Assembly (NCBI RefSeq): GCF_006345805.1
Contig: NC_043020.1
Location: 4,092,001 to 4,156,000, forward strand
Reading direction: 5' to 3'
DNA: 64,000 nucleotides
Source of the DNA: Octopus sinensis
Lineage: Eukaryota
The notes beneath the pieces were generated by a model. The model saw only the letters and a list, made by a program, of their open reading frames with translations. It had not been told where the DNA came from and did no database searches. This document shows, piece by piece, positions 36,591-49,620 of this stretch; the first letter of the stretch is position 1; each line of letters begins with the position of its first letter. Both the position numbers and the translations under genes were made by a program.

Positions 36591-38109
36591 AACACATTTG
36601 CAGGGTTGGGCATCAGTTATTAATGAAAAGGGTTTTCTTTAATTTTAGGGCTTTTGTAGAATGTTGTTAGAATTAGCTTTAGGATTTGAGGCTGTTTTAC
36701 TAGAAATTATTAATAGCAAAAAAAGTTGTGACTTCTTGGAATGGTTAGGGAGATGAACTGAATACATTGTGGTATAAGTCCTGAATTTCTGTACTATGAG
36801 TTCAAATCCTACTGAAGTCAGCTTTAGCTTTCATTCTTTTAGGATTCATGAAAACATCCAGGTCAATGGATTGGTAGAATGGTGAGGGTATAGGGTGGTA
36901 TGTCTCACAGTATTTGTTCTGGTTATTTGCATTCTAAAGGCTGTGTCTGTAATGGCATTGGTACTGAGCTGTAGCGGCCTCGTTTTTCCCTTTGAAAATA
37001 TCAATGTCACACAGAGGAACAACTGTTACACATCATCCCTTTTGTTCATTTTTAATTCTTTCCCATTTTGAAACTAAAATCTTCTCCACAATACTTTGCA
37101 ATCATAAATGACAGATTTGCAGAGCATTTTCTACATTCAAACTGCACCACACAGTAAATCTATAATCTCTAAGCTCTTTTTAAGTGCCAATATCAAATAT
37201 ATTATCATTTTTAAGCAGAATGTAAAAATGTGCAAATTCTTCTTTGACATTTTTTTCCAGATTTTTCAGATATGGTTTGACAAGATTATAAAATCTCTTT
37301 ACAATCTCTTTGGGTCTAAACAACTTCATAATGTCTATAAATCGGATCTACTCCTAGTTCAGGCTTTGTTATAAGAAATATTCTGACATGCCTAGGAGTG
37401 TCTGTTCTCTCATGATCTAGACCAGGTACACCTCCCACTGCTGTTTCTTCTGCTGTGAAAAAGATTCCCAGTAAACCCTGCTTGATTGGTAAAAACTAGC
37501 TTCAGGTGATAAAATAGGAACCATGATAGTGTCAGTAGTTAGCACCAAACTTAAAGCTATATTATAAAACAAAAATGGACTTTTTAAACAGGTGAAAGGC
37601 GGTGGTGTAGGTACTGAAGTAGTTGGAGATGTCTCGAATCTTTTTATAGTGTTGAGGGAAAGACAATTAAGACAATTAGCCACTTCAAATGATTTTATTG
37701 CCCTCAAGTGTCATTATGTTAATAATATAAAACTCATCGTTAAAATGACTGCATTCATTGATATGAACAATATTTTTTTTAGCTTTACAACACAACAAAT
37801 CTCCACCCACAATAGCTCAAAAGTCACAAGTGTTTACCTTTTTCAGATGAAATTATCAGAGCCAAACACTGACTCATCAAAAAAAACAAAAAAAAAACCT
37901 CAGCCATCACTGGAAATGAGAATACACCATTTAACGCATCAACTGCCATGGCGGCCTTGCACTGGAACTCATCAGTGACGTCACATATTTCCAATCACAT
38001 ATTTTTTGATTACAAGGAAATGGAAATTTTTGGCATTTTTTCAATATTTCATTATTAAATTTTAATATTTCTACGCATAGGCTGTGAGGTAGATGTTTGC
38101 TTCTGGACC

Positions 38110-38530
38110 ATATATACGTACGGAAAGTGTGTGTATAAAATTATAGAATTATTTTGTTTGTTAATTTTTTCAATTATTTTCGATTGCTTTAGTTTTTTTT
38201 ACACTCGTAACAATTAAATTAATTTAACAATTAAGAAAACAAAAATTTAGGTTTAGGGTTAGGGTTAGGGGGAGGTTTAGGGTTAGTGACAGGATGTTGT
38301 CTCAGTTTTAGATGCAGCAAATGATTTTAGTTCAATGGAGGTAATCGATTGGTTAAAATTGCCGAAATGCTCGGATTTTCAGACAAAATATCTTACAAAC
38401 AATAGAATTTTCTCGATAAAACCAAGAGAAAATGATGTTTTATAAACACATTCTACCAGTATACGAAGTTTAAAACTTTTTAGTTACCTAGATATTATGT
38501 TACAAACTGCCGTTCAAAAGGAAAAGATCC
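38110..38530. mobile_element. Unclassified non-autonomous repeat containing TTAGGG-like units
   Basis: TTTAGGTTTAGGGTTAGGGTTAGGGGGAGGTTTAGGGTTAG at 38246-38286 within a non-coding AT-rich module. Confidence 0.45.
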
Positions 38531-39719
38531 TCTATGTATGTGTATTATGAGTGTGTGTGTGTGTGTGTGTGTGTCTTTGTGTCTGTGTTTATCCCCCACC
38601 ACCACCACCACTTGTCAACAAGTATCGGTGTATTTATATTGCCATAACTTAGCAACTCGGCAAAATTGACTAACAGAATAAGTACCAGGCTTAATGAAAA
38701 TAAGCCCTGGGGGTCAATTTATTCAACTAAAAATTCTTCAAGGCAGTGCCCCAGCATGACCACAGTTTAGTAACTGAAATAAGTAAAAAAAAAAGAGAAT
38801 TTACCCCTCATGTTATTTTGATATTCTGAAAACCATGTCAAAGATACCAAATCATTTTCTCAAATTATGAAAAATGTAGGACTGGTGGTGCATATGGCTG
38901 TTAGTTGAAGTTTGTGATGAACCAGGGTGGCATGTGTGGCAGTTAAAGTGTCAAAATACCGAAAACCTCTGGGAGGTAATCCCACTTGTAATGAGGAAAA
39001 ATTGTTTCTGAGGCAAATGACAAACAGAACATTTTAATGGCAGACATCATAACAATAATGAAAGATGCATGACAATACGTCAGATTAATGAGTGATGGAA
39101 ACATATTCAATATTTTGAAATTGTCTGGATTAACTCAAGATTCAAGGATCGGAGAAGTGAAGAAAATATTTGAAAATATTCTACAAGAACTGAGGAGGAT
39201 AGAAGATGTCCTCTATAATGTAAAACTCTATATTACAGATTGAGAGAGTTGTCACCGAAAATCTAAGGTCAGCACATGGTAAGATTGATAGTATTAACAG
39301 ATGGCAAGTTCAATAGAGGAAGAATAAATATATGAAGAATATTTTTCATGAAATGAACTTTTACATTAATGTTTCAGAAAAGAACAGATGCAGACCTGAA
39401 GTTTATCTTACCACTTCAACAGATGCATGTGGAGAAAGAAGTTAGGAGATACATCCCAAATATTCCCTCATTAATTGTAAAGTAAGAGATATAAAACATA
39501 ATAAAAGATGTCAAAATATAATTATGGACCAGCATCCCCCAAACCTTTGATAGGAAAGACAATTTCGAATCCACACAAAGAACAGTCTTTTTGAAAGGCT
39601 GTTTGGTTTGTGATTTCAACATGACAGATAATATGGACATACTTTGAAACATTATATATATATATCATCATCATCATCATCATCGTTTAACGTCCGCTAT
39701 GTATATATATAAGTGTGTG

Positions 39720-40130
39720 TGTGTATATATATATATATATCATCATCATCATCCTTATCATTGTTTAACGTCCACTTTCCATGCTGGCATGGGTTGGACG
39801 ATTTGACTGAGGACTGGTGAACCAGATGGCTGCACCAGGCTCCAGTCTGATCAGGCAGATTTTCTACAGCTGGATGCCCTTCCTAATGCCAACCACTCCG
39901 AGAGCATAGTGGGTGCTTTTTACATGCCACTGACATGAGGGCCAGTCAGGCGGTACTGGCAATGGTCACACTCAAATGGTGTTTTTTATGTGCCACCTGC
40001 ACTGGCAATGACCTCGCTCAAATATTTTTTTGCGTGCCACCAGCACAGAAGCCAGTCAGCTGCTCTGGCAATGATCATGCTCAGATGGTGCTCTTAGCAC
40101 TCCACTGGCACAGGTGCCAAGCAAACAGTG
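39720..40130 (-). mobile_element. RTE LINE 3' UTR copy
   Basis: Shared RTE 3' UTR sequence. Confidence 0.8.
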
Positions 40131-40164
40131 TCTCTTAATATTCGACTCTATGCTATCTCTCCAA

Positions 40165-40195
<31 letters not shown>

Positions 40196-40699
40196 GAATA
40201 CATAAAAAAACATCAATTTGGAGAGTAGGGGAAAAGAAAAGAAAACAAAGATTAAATGTGAAATACCAAAGCCCCGCCCTCTCCTTACACAAGTCAGTCC
40301 CACATAAATAGAACTGAATGCTAGCCAAAGCATCACATAATTATTTTATGCATCAAAATGACTTGCAAAAGACATTAATCCCATGACAAAATTTTTTCTT
40401 TTATCAAGCAACTGGGTTGTATTGACAGTAATTGTCTCTGCTAAGATCAGCAATTAGAGTGTGACAATGGATCGACATATATTTACGTCAGCCATTTTAA
40501 CCAGCTTAAGACTGGTTCATTTGGTTGTCTGCACGCAGCAATGGTAACCATGCCGATTGAGGTCAGCATTCAATGCGAGATAATATTCAGCGTATATTTA
40601 TGTTTGCCACTTAATGCAAGAACGGTTTATTTACCTAAACTATATCCCTTTCCAGGACACTCATGCAGTATTATTCCTGAATAAGGTCACTCGAATAAG

Positions 40700-41200
40700 A
40701 TCAACTTCCTGTATTTACAATCACGTGAATTCAAAAACTGACTTTAGAGTGAGAATGTCACTATTGGTGCCATCAGAATGGTTTCCCCTTTCAAAGTTTT
40801 TTGCTGTGATGATCGGGCAGCATGGTTTTCCTGTGCATCCTCACAGTCCCACAGGCATTAGTCATCCTTGCCTGCAGCTTCAAGAAGAGGGTCTGGACTG
40901 GAAAACCAGTTGTCCGTATAAACATTGTAGCCTTTGTCAAACAAGTTTTCATTCAACAACAATATCACATCAGTTGATGCTAGAATAGATGCTGGAAGAT
41001 CCATTCTGCCCTGGCTAGTGTAGATTGACATACTTTATATCCAATATGATACCAGGATTGGTTTCTTCTCAATGCCCATCAGTATCAGTGGGACAAGCAG
41101 AATTTCCCCTGTGGTTGGAAACCAATCCCCACCGTGCCTGGGTCTGACTTGCTGGTGATGGTTTTCAGTCATTCGTTTCATCCCCCCACTACACATTGGA
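40700..41200 (-). mobile_element. Decayed piggyBac (PGBD4-like) transposase fragment
   Basis: SMSIYTSQG...ENLFDKGYNVYTDNWFSSPD and, after a frameshift, TNACGTVRMHRK; DN(W/F)FSS and ACGTVR are piggyBac DDD-domain motifs. Confidence 0.8.
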
Positions 41201-41999
41201 ATGTTTCGTCTGTCAAAAACTCGTGGAAGATTTCCAATGGTGAACTTCCATGATGCAACAACAAAGTTGACAGAGCTGGAGTAGGAGGACGCAATGGCTG
41301 TAACTTCAATGAAACAGGATGCAGCGGTGAAGTTGATCGAGTCAGAGTGGCAGGAGCAGCCTATCAGGTTGTGAACATTTACATGGAACATCTAATCAAC
41401 CTATCAGTTGGTAGGTGCACCAGTAATAACCCAGGCAACAAGTCCTAGGTCAGGTGGCATATAATTACGTCAATTTAAAGCATGAACATTGTGATTTAAA
41501 GCGTGTATAGTGGATGCATAATTTTATGTCAACTGTTTTAAAAGGGTCAACCATTTCAGTGTTTCAAGGAGAGTGGAATCAAGAAAGAAATTTTGTGGGT
41601 TTGTAAAGTCCATCCAGTACTAGATCCTCAACAGATCCAGGGACCAGGGTTACACAAGGACGGACAGAGAGAAGTTATAGACATTCTAGAGTTTATTATG
41701 AAATAAACGGAAGGGAGAGGTTATTAGCTTCTGGGTGCCTTTTAAATGACTAACTCTTTCAAGAGATTTCAATATTTTATACATAAATATAAATAAACAA
41801 AACAATACTCAAACACAAATGTATAGCTTTATGGTCGCATAATGTCCTTCCTCGCCCACCACCTTCCTGAAAACAAAAGCACATAAAAAACAGGGTAACC
41901 CAGTTTTGGCCATTTTCTAAACACCATTGATCTATTTTCCATTCAATACTGAATATTTTTCATGTTTTAAAAATTTTTTATTATATTTTTTATGTTTAA

Positions 42000-42000
42000 T

Positions 42001-42085
<85 letters not shown>

Positions 42086-42112
42086 TGCCTGCCTGCCTGC
42101 CTGTGTCTGTCT
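42000..42112. repeat. (CTGC)n microsatellite
   Basis: Directly visible. Confidence 0.95.
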
Positions 42113-42237
42113 GTTTGCCCTTAAGATCGACAGATTTTCTTGAGTATATATTGACTAAGAAAATGCTTTGGGAAAAATAAATGAATAACATTGTTGTAGA
42201 TTATCAAAATACTAAAGGTGGAGTGCATCTGACGTTG

Positions 42238-42279
<42 letters not shown>

Positions 42280-42428
42280 CTGTAAGATAAGAAGCTTGCT
42301 TCCCAACCACATGGTTTCGGGTTCAGTCCCACTGAGTGGAACCTTGGGCAAGTGTCCTCTACTATAGCCTCAGGCTCTGACCAAAGCCTTGTGATTGAAA
42401 TTGGTAACCAGAAACTGAAGGAAGTCCA

Positions 42429-42476
<48 letters not shown>

Positions 42477-42809
42477 GAAAGAAGGTTTGAAAATGCAATT
42501 TTAAAAAGTGTTTATTCACTTGACCGGTTTCACTTTTTTAGAAAAAGATTGTCAAAAGTAAAATGTAAAAGCTTTATAAAATCTTTTTTGTGTTAAGTAC
42601 TGGTTGTCACAAAATATTACAATACATATATACATTCTTTGATAATAATAAGAAAAATGTTAAACCAGTTTACAAGGAAAATAAAAAGTTCATTGAAAAT
42701 ATTAGGATTTCATTAAAAATCATGTTTGTTTGGAAGTATCTGTGTATATACACAGAAAATTATAAGTTCAAAAAGGTCATATTTTGGTAGTATATATATA
42801 TAACGGGAA

Positions 42810-43750
42810 GCTTTATGAAAATAGACAAAAGACGAAGGCAGGTGGAAAACAAACAAACAATTGTATTAGTATGGCGCTCAGGAAATATAAATAAAACAAG
42901 TCTTTAACGTTTCGAGCCCACGCTCTTCAACAGAAAGATACACAGAGAGAAAAAAAACACAGAAAGAAGGAGAGAAAAAATGCGTGCAGTAACTAACGAA
43001 TCAACATGGCGATCTGATTTCGGCCAGAGGTCAAAGATCAAACATGAGACGCGAGAGCGAAATAAGGGGAGATAATAGGGTTGATAATAGGGTTGAATGA
43101 CCCTAGGATAGGTCTGGACAGGCGTATGTAGGGGTTGGTGTATGTATTAGTATGTATTAGTATGTATTAGTACGTATTAGTATGTATAAGTGTGTGTGTG
43201 TGTGTATGAGAGAGTATAAGTGCGTATGAGGGGTCTGGACGTGTGTATGTATAGGGTTGGTGTATGTATTAGTATGTATTAGTATGTATTAGTACGTATT
43301 AGTATGTATTAGTTGGTGTATGTATTAGTATGGCACATCATATATGATGTGATGTGTAAAGTCGTGTGGTGTAGTGAGGAGAAGAGGGGGAGGGGGAAGA
43401 GGAGGGGAGGGGAAGAGGAGGGGAGGGGAAGAGGAGAGTAGGGGGAGGAGGGGGAGAAGGAAGGGGATGAGGAGGGGGAGGAAGGAGGAAAGAGGGGAAG
43501 GGGGAGAGAGAAGGGGAGTGAGGGAGCAGAGAGAAGAGGGAAGGAGGGAGGGAGAAAGAGGGAAGAAGGGAAGGGGAGTAGGGGTGAAAGGATGAAGGAC
43601 TGAAGAAGTAGGGGTCGGGGGGGAAGGATAGGTGAGGAGGGGGGAGAGGGGTTAGATGAGGAGGGGGGGGGAGAGTTGAGACCAAATGGCGTATAAGAGC
43701 GAAGAGAGAAGATTAATTCCTGTTCACGGTCGCAAACGGGAATCCGGATG
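42810..43750 (-). mobile_element. Penelope-like element 3' end (GIY-YIG C-terminus, 3' UTR, hammerhead-like terminus)
   Basis: Minus-strand EAIRIPVCDREQELIFSLRSYTPFGLN (PLE endonuclease end, RE..I..L....P.GLN); ends in (TA)n. Confidence 0.75.
42901..42938 (-). ncRNA. Minimal type I hammerhead-like motif (core variant CUGUUGA)
   Basis: TCTTT CTGTTGA A GAGC-GTGG-GCTC GAAACGTT AAAGA; stem I TCTTT:AAAGA; A6 is replaced by U. Confidence 0.5.
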
Positions 43751-44099
43751 GCCTCTGTGTATATATATATATATAGAAGGAGATATATTTAGGAGTTTAC
43801 AAAGAATTTGTGATAAACTGACCTGTTTTACCATTTTTCATTTTGTGTGAAGCTAAATAAAGGTTGAGAGGTTGGTATGGGTGGGGGGAAGGAGGATCAA
43901 TGTGGGATTGAAAGGAGATTTCACGGTTCAGTGGTTTTTGGGACTGGCTTGAAAGGTCAGGATGGTGTGATTGTGTGTATGTGTTTGTGTTTCTGTGTGG
44001 GGGCTGTTTTTGATTGGTCCCAGGGTTTATTGTGGTGTATGTAAATGTGTCTGTGTCTGTTATTAGGCCAATGTCTAATTAATTTATAAATGTACAATC

Positions 44100-46085
44100 A
44101 TTAACTTTATATATTTAGTATGGAAAAAACATATCAGTAACCATTTTTCATCTTTTAGACTCAAACATAAAGCCAATGTACCTCCTTATCCAGCAAGATT
44201 TGGGAACTGAAGGAATTTAGCCTTAAATGGGATGTAATACGGAAAGTGCAGCCTTATAGAGATATGGGTGTGAGCTGTACTCTATGGAAATTAATGAGAT
44301 TTTGAAGTATAGGAACAAGAACAACCTGATTAATTATAGATTAGACCTAAGGTATCACGCGTGCATAGTGTCACCCCATACATTTAAGTATTTTTGAAAT
44401 TAGCGATTATAGGTGCCATACTTGAACTTTGATGGTGGAAATTAATTCTGGTGTCGTATCCATTGTAAACTTACCCTCTAGTATTAAATATAATAAAATC
44501 ATGGGATATTGAATTATATGGTGAATTAAATTGCATTACATATGTTATAAGCTACATGTTATGGTATTAGGTGAGCTACATGTAATTACTATCCTATGTT
44601 AACTCCTGCTTAGTTAGTCTGACTTCATCATGTTTTTGGTGATTAAACTATTTGTTCCTTTCTATAATGTTTTTACCCTACTGATCATATTATGGTATAT
44701 TTGTAATGGCTTTTATGTAAGTCTCCTATGAAACAACACCTGTAACATTACAACTTATAAAATCTCTTTGGTCTGAATACCTCTCACTGCCCTCACTATG
44801 CCCATACCTACTGCCTCCTCTTTTGGGATTACCTTTATCTCTTCCCTATCTCAAATTTTAATACCCTGTCTCTTTAAATGTAGGTTACATATATTTCTTT
44901 TTATTTTCTATAAATTTGTTTTCTTACTTTCATATCTTTACCTATTAACCTCTGATCCTTTATAAGTTGTTCCTGTTCTTAAATAGAGATTTTTCAGCTA
45001 CTTAGGTCTATGCGAGATGGTTATGCTATATCCGTATAAATGTATAAATAGTTGTATATGTGTTTATATGCATATATGTGCATAACCTATGAACCTCTTA
45101 TCACTTATAAATTGTTATCTTGTTTGTTCATAAATAGATACTTTTTAGATACTGAAGTCTATGTGAGATGGTTATACAATATCTATATAATTGTATAAAT
45201 ATTTGTGTATGTCTGCACATAGATAAATATGTATGTGTATCTGTACACATCTTTATTTTTTCTGATTCTTGGCTTATAATTAATATGTAGATAGCATGTT
45301 TACCTTTCCAGTATTCCATAAGTGAATGCCCTGAGCAGTCTTTATAGAAACCACCTAATAAGTAAATAATTAATTAAATACATGAATGAATATTAAACTG
45401 ATTCTATGTAATCTTTCCTTTTTAATGTTGAAAATTGATATATATACACATTTTACCTATTTGGGTTATGGTAGCATTTTTGATAATCTTAAATTTTATT
45501 TTTATACAACATAACAATATTTATAAACAATCACCCAGAGTACCCCATGGTAAAATTTCCTCTGTATTAACATCATAGGTTTTATAAGCCCCTTTACCTG
45601 ATTAACATCATGATTTAGGGTCTTCCCCTACCTAGCCTCTTTTTATAGACAATTACTCTATGCCCAATTTACTACTCCTAATGTCTTGACAATAATATTT
45701 ATGACCCTACCCAGCCATGAGCTGTCAACTCTCTCTTTCCCCTCATTCCAAACAGGCATAGTCCTCTAGTCTTAGATTTAGGAGTTGATAAAAAGGCAAA
45801 TAAATTGGAACCACAATTGGAACCACAATCCTTTACAAGCTATGACCCCAATGGGCTTCATGCCTTTTTTGGAAGTGTTGTCTATTCTTAGCTACAATAG
45901 CGACAATATGGATTTCTTCCATCTTCTTGCTCTGTTAAAGTATTTGGAAAAAATTATATCAATGTGTCCAACTGATTAAAATTCTATCTATTTGTGCAGC
46001 TGATGATAGCCCTGCATTTAAATTGATGTAATGATTACATTGTTCAATTAAATGGAGACGCTTGAAACAGTCGTACTTATTTTGA
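44100..46085 (+). mobile_element. Penelope-like element: endonuclease C-terminus plus long 3' UTR
   Basis: NHFSSFRLKHK / TSLSSKIWELK..KWDVIRKVQPY / EILKYRNKNNLINYR (frameshifted GIY-YIG C-terminus); terminus carries a hammerhead-like motif. Confidence 0.7.
45995..46077 (+). ncRNA. Type I hammerhead-like motif with long stem II (stem I 3' strand truncated)
   Basis: TGCAG CTGATGA [long hairpin] GAAAC-AGTC-GTA CT; canonical CUGAUGA/GAAA/GUA, but only 2 bp of stem I are retained. Confidence 0.55.
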
Positions 46086-47189
46086 TATATATATATTATA
46101 TAAATTGGACATGGGCGATCATTGTATTCTTTCTTGCCTTGAGGTTCACAGCCAAATGGCTGGGTGGATTCGTGTGAAAGATGACACACAGGTGGAGACG
46201 GGTGCATAGATTGTGCTGTGGTTTGTATTTTTTCCCTAGCCCCCATAGTTACCAAGAAAATTGATTAAAACATTTTCTAATGAAATTCCCTGTTTGTTCC
46301 ACCATTAAAACAACCAGTTGCTCACACAGCCAGCATATACCATTTCGCTAGCAACAAGGGGTGGACAGGATGACAATCAGCCAAAACTTTCGCTATGCTG
46401 TCTCTCTTCTTTCACCTCTTTGTGGGGTTAATAATCTTAATCTTTAGTTACAGTTTCTCATTCAAACTACATAATAGGCAAAATTGTCAGATTTAGACAG
46501 TAGGGTGTTTTGAGGGAGATTTGGCTGCTTTTTCTACCAGGTCTAGCTACCATGTAGAGGTCTTCAAAAATTTAACATAATCTTTTCCATAAATCAAATA
46601 TTGTAAAAAATTTATATGATGACTTCACATTTTCAATGCATGTGTGTGTACCTTAAAGGATTGTCAATCATCATGACACACACCCTCACTCACTCACTCT
46701 ATCTCTCTTTCTCATCCTCTTTCTCTCTCACATACACACACGCATGCACACACACACAAACACACAATGCAAACACATACAAACACACACACACACACAC
46801 ACACGCATACACATGCACATGCACACACACACACATGTCCATTTCATATATCTTCTTTCAATTTCTGCTCTCTGCAAATAAAATGTTTTACGGATACAAC
46901 TGCTTACAAAAATAGGGATTAATACTCTTTACTCTTTTTACTCTTTTAATTGTTTCAGTCATTTGACTGTGACCATGCTGGAGCACTGCCTTTAGTCGAG
47001 CAAATCGACCCCAGGACTTATTCTTTGTAAGCCTAGTACTTATTCTATTTTAGCCGAACAGCTAAGTATTTTCAGTTTGCTTATATTTGGGTAATTTACG
47101 CAAAAAATATAGACATACAACCGTTTACAAAAATAGAGATTAATGTATATTTTTTTCTATGTTCATAATATTTGGTTTAAAATATTTAA

Positions 47190-47330
47190 AAAATATGCCA
47201 GCAAAGAAAAAACGTAATCTCTTCAGAAATACCTACACAGCAAGGAAGAGTGCAGAAAACTGAAGGCGAGAGTCTCAAGAGATAAGGGACAGAAGGGAGA
47301 CTTTCTCAAGATCAGCAAAGGTATGTTGCA
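47190..47330 (+). mobile_element. Possible Helitron N-terminal remnant
   Basis: MPAKKKRNLFRNTYTARKSAEN*RRESQEIRDRR resembles Helitron ORF starts (MP.K.RSNL.R...ES.E.R..RL). Confidence 0.4.
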
Positions 47331-47399
47331 GCACTTAATACTGAATCATTAAAACAACATTTAGTCCACTAGAATAGCTCTCAGAAACAGACCACGTAC

Positions 47400-48849
47400 A
47401 AATCTGTTCTTCACACTTTATTTCTATTTTGACTATTTCGCACTTGTTTTACTTGGGAACAATCATTACGTTTAGTTCCCTCTGGGTCGTGTCTTAATTT
47501 GACTTTCTTTTCACATTCTTCTGACACTTGCTGTAGGATTACATCTTGGTTTTGTTCCAGCTTTGTGGGAATTCTAGCTCTAGCATCTGTGTCCTTTCCA
47601 ACAGTAGGTTCCTGTGTAAAAACCAGGCATTTGAACAGATCTGGCATTAATTCATCCAGCTTAAACTTCTTCTATTCCCTGTTTACTCTACCAGCATATG
47701 TAATGTAGGTCTCACCATTATTTTTCTCTATGTTCAAACACTTCCAATGGGTGTTGAACAATAAGCTTTTTTCCAGTGAAAATTTTTCACAATATATCTA
47801 TTGTGCCATTAAAGTTAATGCCAGAAGGTTTTCTTGAGAGTGCATAATTACTGTATTGTTCATGTTCTACTGCTGCCAGTTTTCTCAAGATTAAGCGCAT
47901 TTTGATCTTGTCTCAATCTTTACATTCTTTCTCCAAGATTTGCTCGTATCTTCTGTTGTATGCTTTGAAGGTAACTCCTTCATCTGATTCGTATTTGAAC
48001 TGTTATGGAGTTCGTGACATTGTTTGATGAGAACACTTTTTCTGACTTACCTCACAACTTCAGTGATTGGAGGATTTGTTGTTGCTGTTGTTGTTGTTGG
48101 TGCCAACAAATTTTCCATAATAAGATTTGCACACCATAGGTGCAGGAGTGGCTGTGTGGTAAGTAGCTTGCTTACCAACCACATTGTTCCGGGTTCAGTC
48201 CCACTGCGTGGCATTTGGGCAAGTGTCTTCTACTATAGCCTCGGGCCGATCAAAGCCTTGTGAGTGGATTTGGTAAACGGAAACTGAAAGAAGCCCATCG
48301 TAATTATGTATATATGTGTGTATGTGTGTGTGTGTATGTGTGTATGTTTGTGTCCCTGTGTTTGTCCACCTAGCATTACTTGACAACCGATGCTGGTGTG
48401 TTTATGTTTCCATCAATTAGTGGTTTGGCAAAAGAGACCAATAGACTAAGTACTAGGCTTACAAAGAATAAGTCCCAGGGTTGATTTGCTCGATTAAAGG
48501 CAGTACTCCAGCATGGCCACAGTCAAATGACTGAAACAAGTAAAAAGAGTAAAAAGAAAAAAGAGTACACCAACTTTGTTGGTTTATCAACTCCTCTTTG
48601 GATTTCCATTAATTCCACAGGAAATGGCTTTTCCTCATTGAGTTTATGAATTCCTCAGGGGTTGTTTAATTCCTCACCACCACAATGATATCCTTACAAT
48701 GTTGTGTTGTTGTAAAGTCCAATTCAGTATACAATATACTTAGTAAAACCAGCAAAAACACAACTATCTCTGACCACACCCTACTACGTACTCTCGAACT
48801 TCCCGTACTTCTTTTCATTTGTTGTAACTATGTTATTCCATTCGTCACA
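47400..48849 (-). mobile_element. Gypsy LTR retrotransposon remnant: 5' LTR (about 48690-48849), PBS-like site, decayed gag
   Basis: FKYESDEGVTFKAYNRRYEQILEKECKD...LFNTHWKCLNIEK...KFKLDELMPDLFKCLVF...TKLEQNQD (K02A2.6-type gag); LTR starts TGTGACG; TGGTGGTGAGGA at 48682-48671 is a deaminated TGGCGACGAGG-type PBS; split by a SINE. Confidence 0.8.
48140..48560 (+). mobile_element. CORE-type SINE family B, full length, inserted in Gypsy leader
   Basis: GCAGGAGTGGCTGTGTGGTAAGTAGCTTGC head, TTGGGCAAGTG core-like segment, tail GACTGAAACAAGTAAAAAGAGTAAA. Confidence 0.85.
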
Positions 48850-49271
48850 TGGGAGTGGTGGACCCTTATTACTGACTCCCTACGACAAAAACAATGTTTT
48901 TCTTGGACGAAATTGACTAAAAAAGCTTCTTAAAGGCAATTGCTCCAGTATGACCTCACTCCAATAACTGAAAACAATAATGGAGGACAATAAGACAAAG
49001 AATAAATAAAGATTTTGTGAAAGTGTTAGAATTAATCACACAGTTTTACATCATCAACAACAGCAACAACAATAACTTGTCCTCATTCCCACATAATAAG
49101 AGGGAGGGGAAGGGGAGTGTAGTATTCACACAGCATAATACATATATATATATATATATATACACCCATTCACACAGCTCATTCAGTGAACTTGTCAAGA
49201 ACGACAATTGCATGAACAAACGTCATTTGGAATATATATAATCCTTTGGTTGGTGGTGGTGTGACAGAAAG

Positions 49272-49310
<39 letters not shown>

Positions 49311-49410
49311 GTGTGTGTGTGTGTTCATAGAAAGAAAAAAAGAGAAATATGAATGAGAAGTTAGATGTGGAAATGTTCTAACATGGAGAGATAAGAATGG
49401 AAGGAAGGGC

Positions 49411-49620
49411 TTGGGAAGACCAGCAGTTGCCCACCTCGAGAATCCAGTTTCCACAAAAACTGTTTGTCGGAAGTTGCACAAAGCCAAATTTCATGGGAGG
49501 ACTGCAATCTTAAAACCACTACCTTTAAAATCAAACATTGGAAAACGTTTAAAGTGGAGTAAGAACCTACAGAATTGGTTCCTAGAGCAGTGGAAGAACG
49601 TTACAACCTCGTCAGAGGTT
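49411..49620 (+). mobile_element. Tc1-like transposase fragment
   Basis: VSTKTVCRKLHKAKFHGRTAILKPL...KRLKWSKNLQNWFLEQWKNV matches the Tc1 HTH-to-DDE linker (VS..TVRR.L...G...KP.L...RL.W...W....W..V). Confidence 0.75.
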
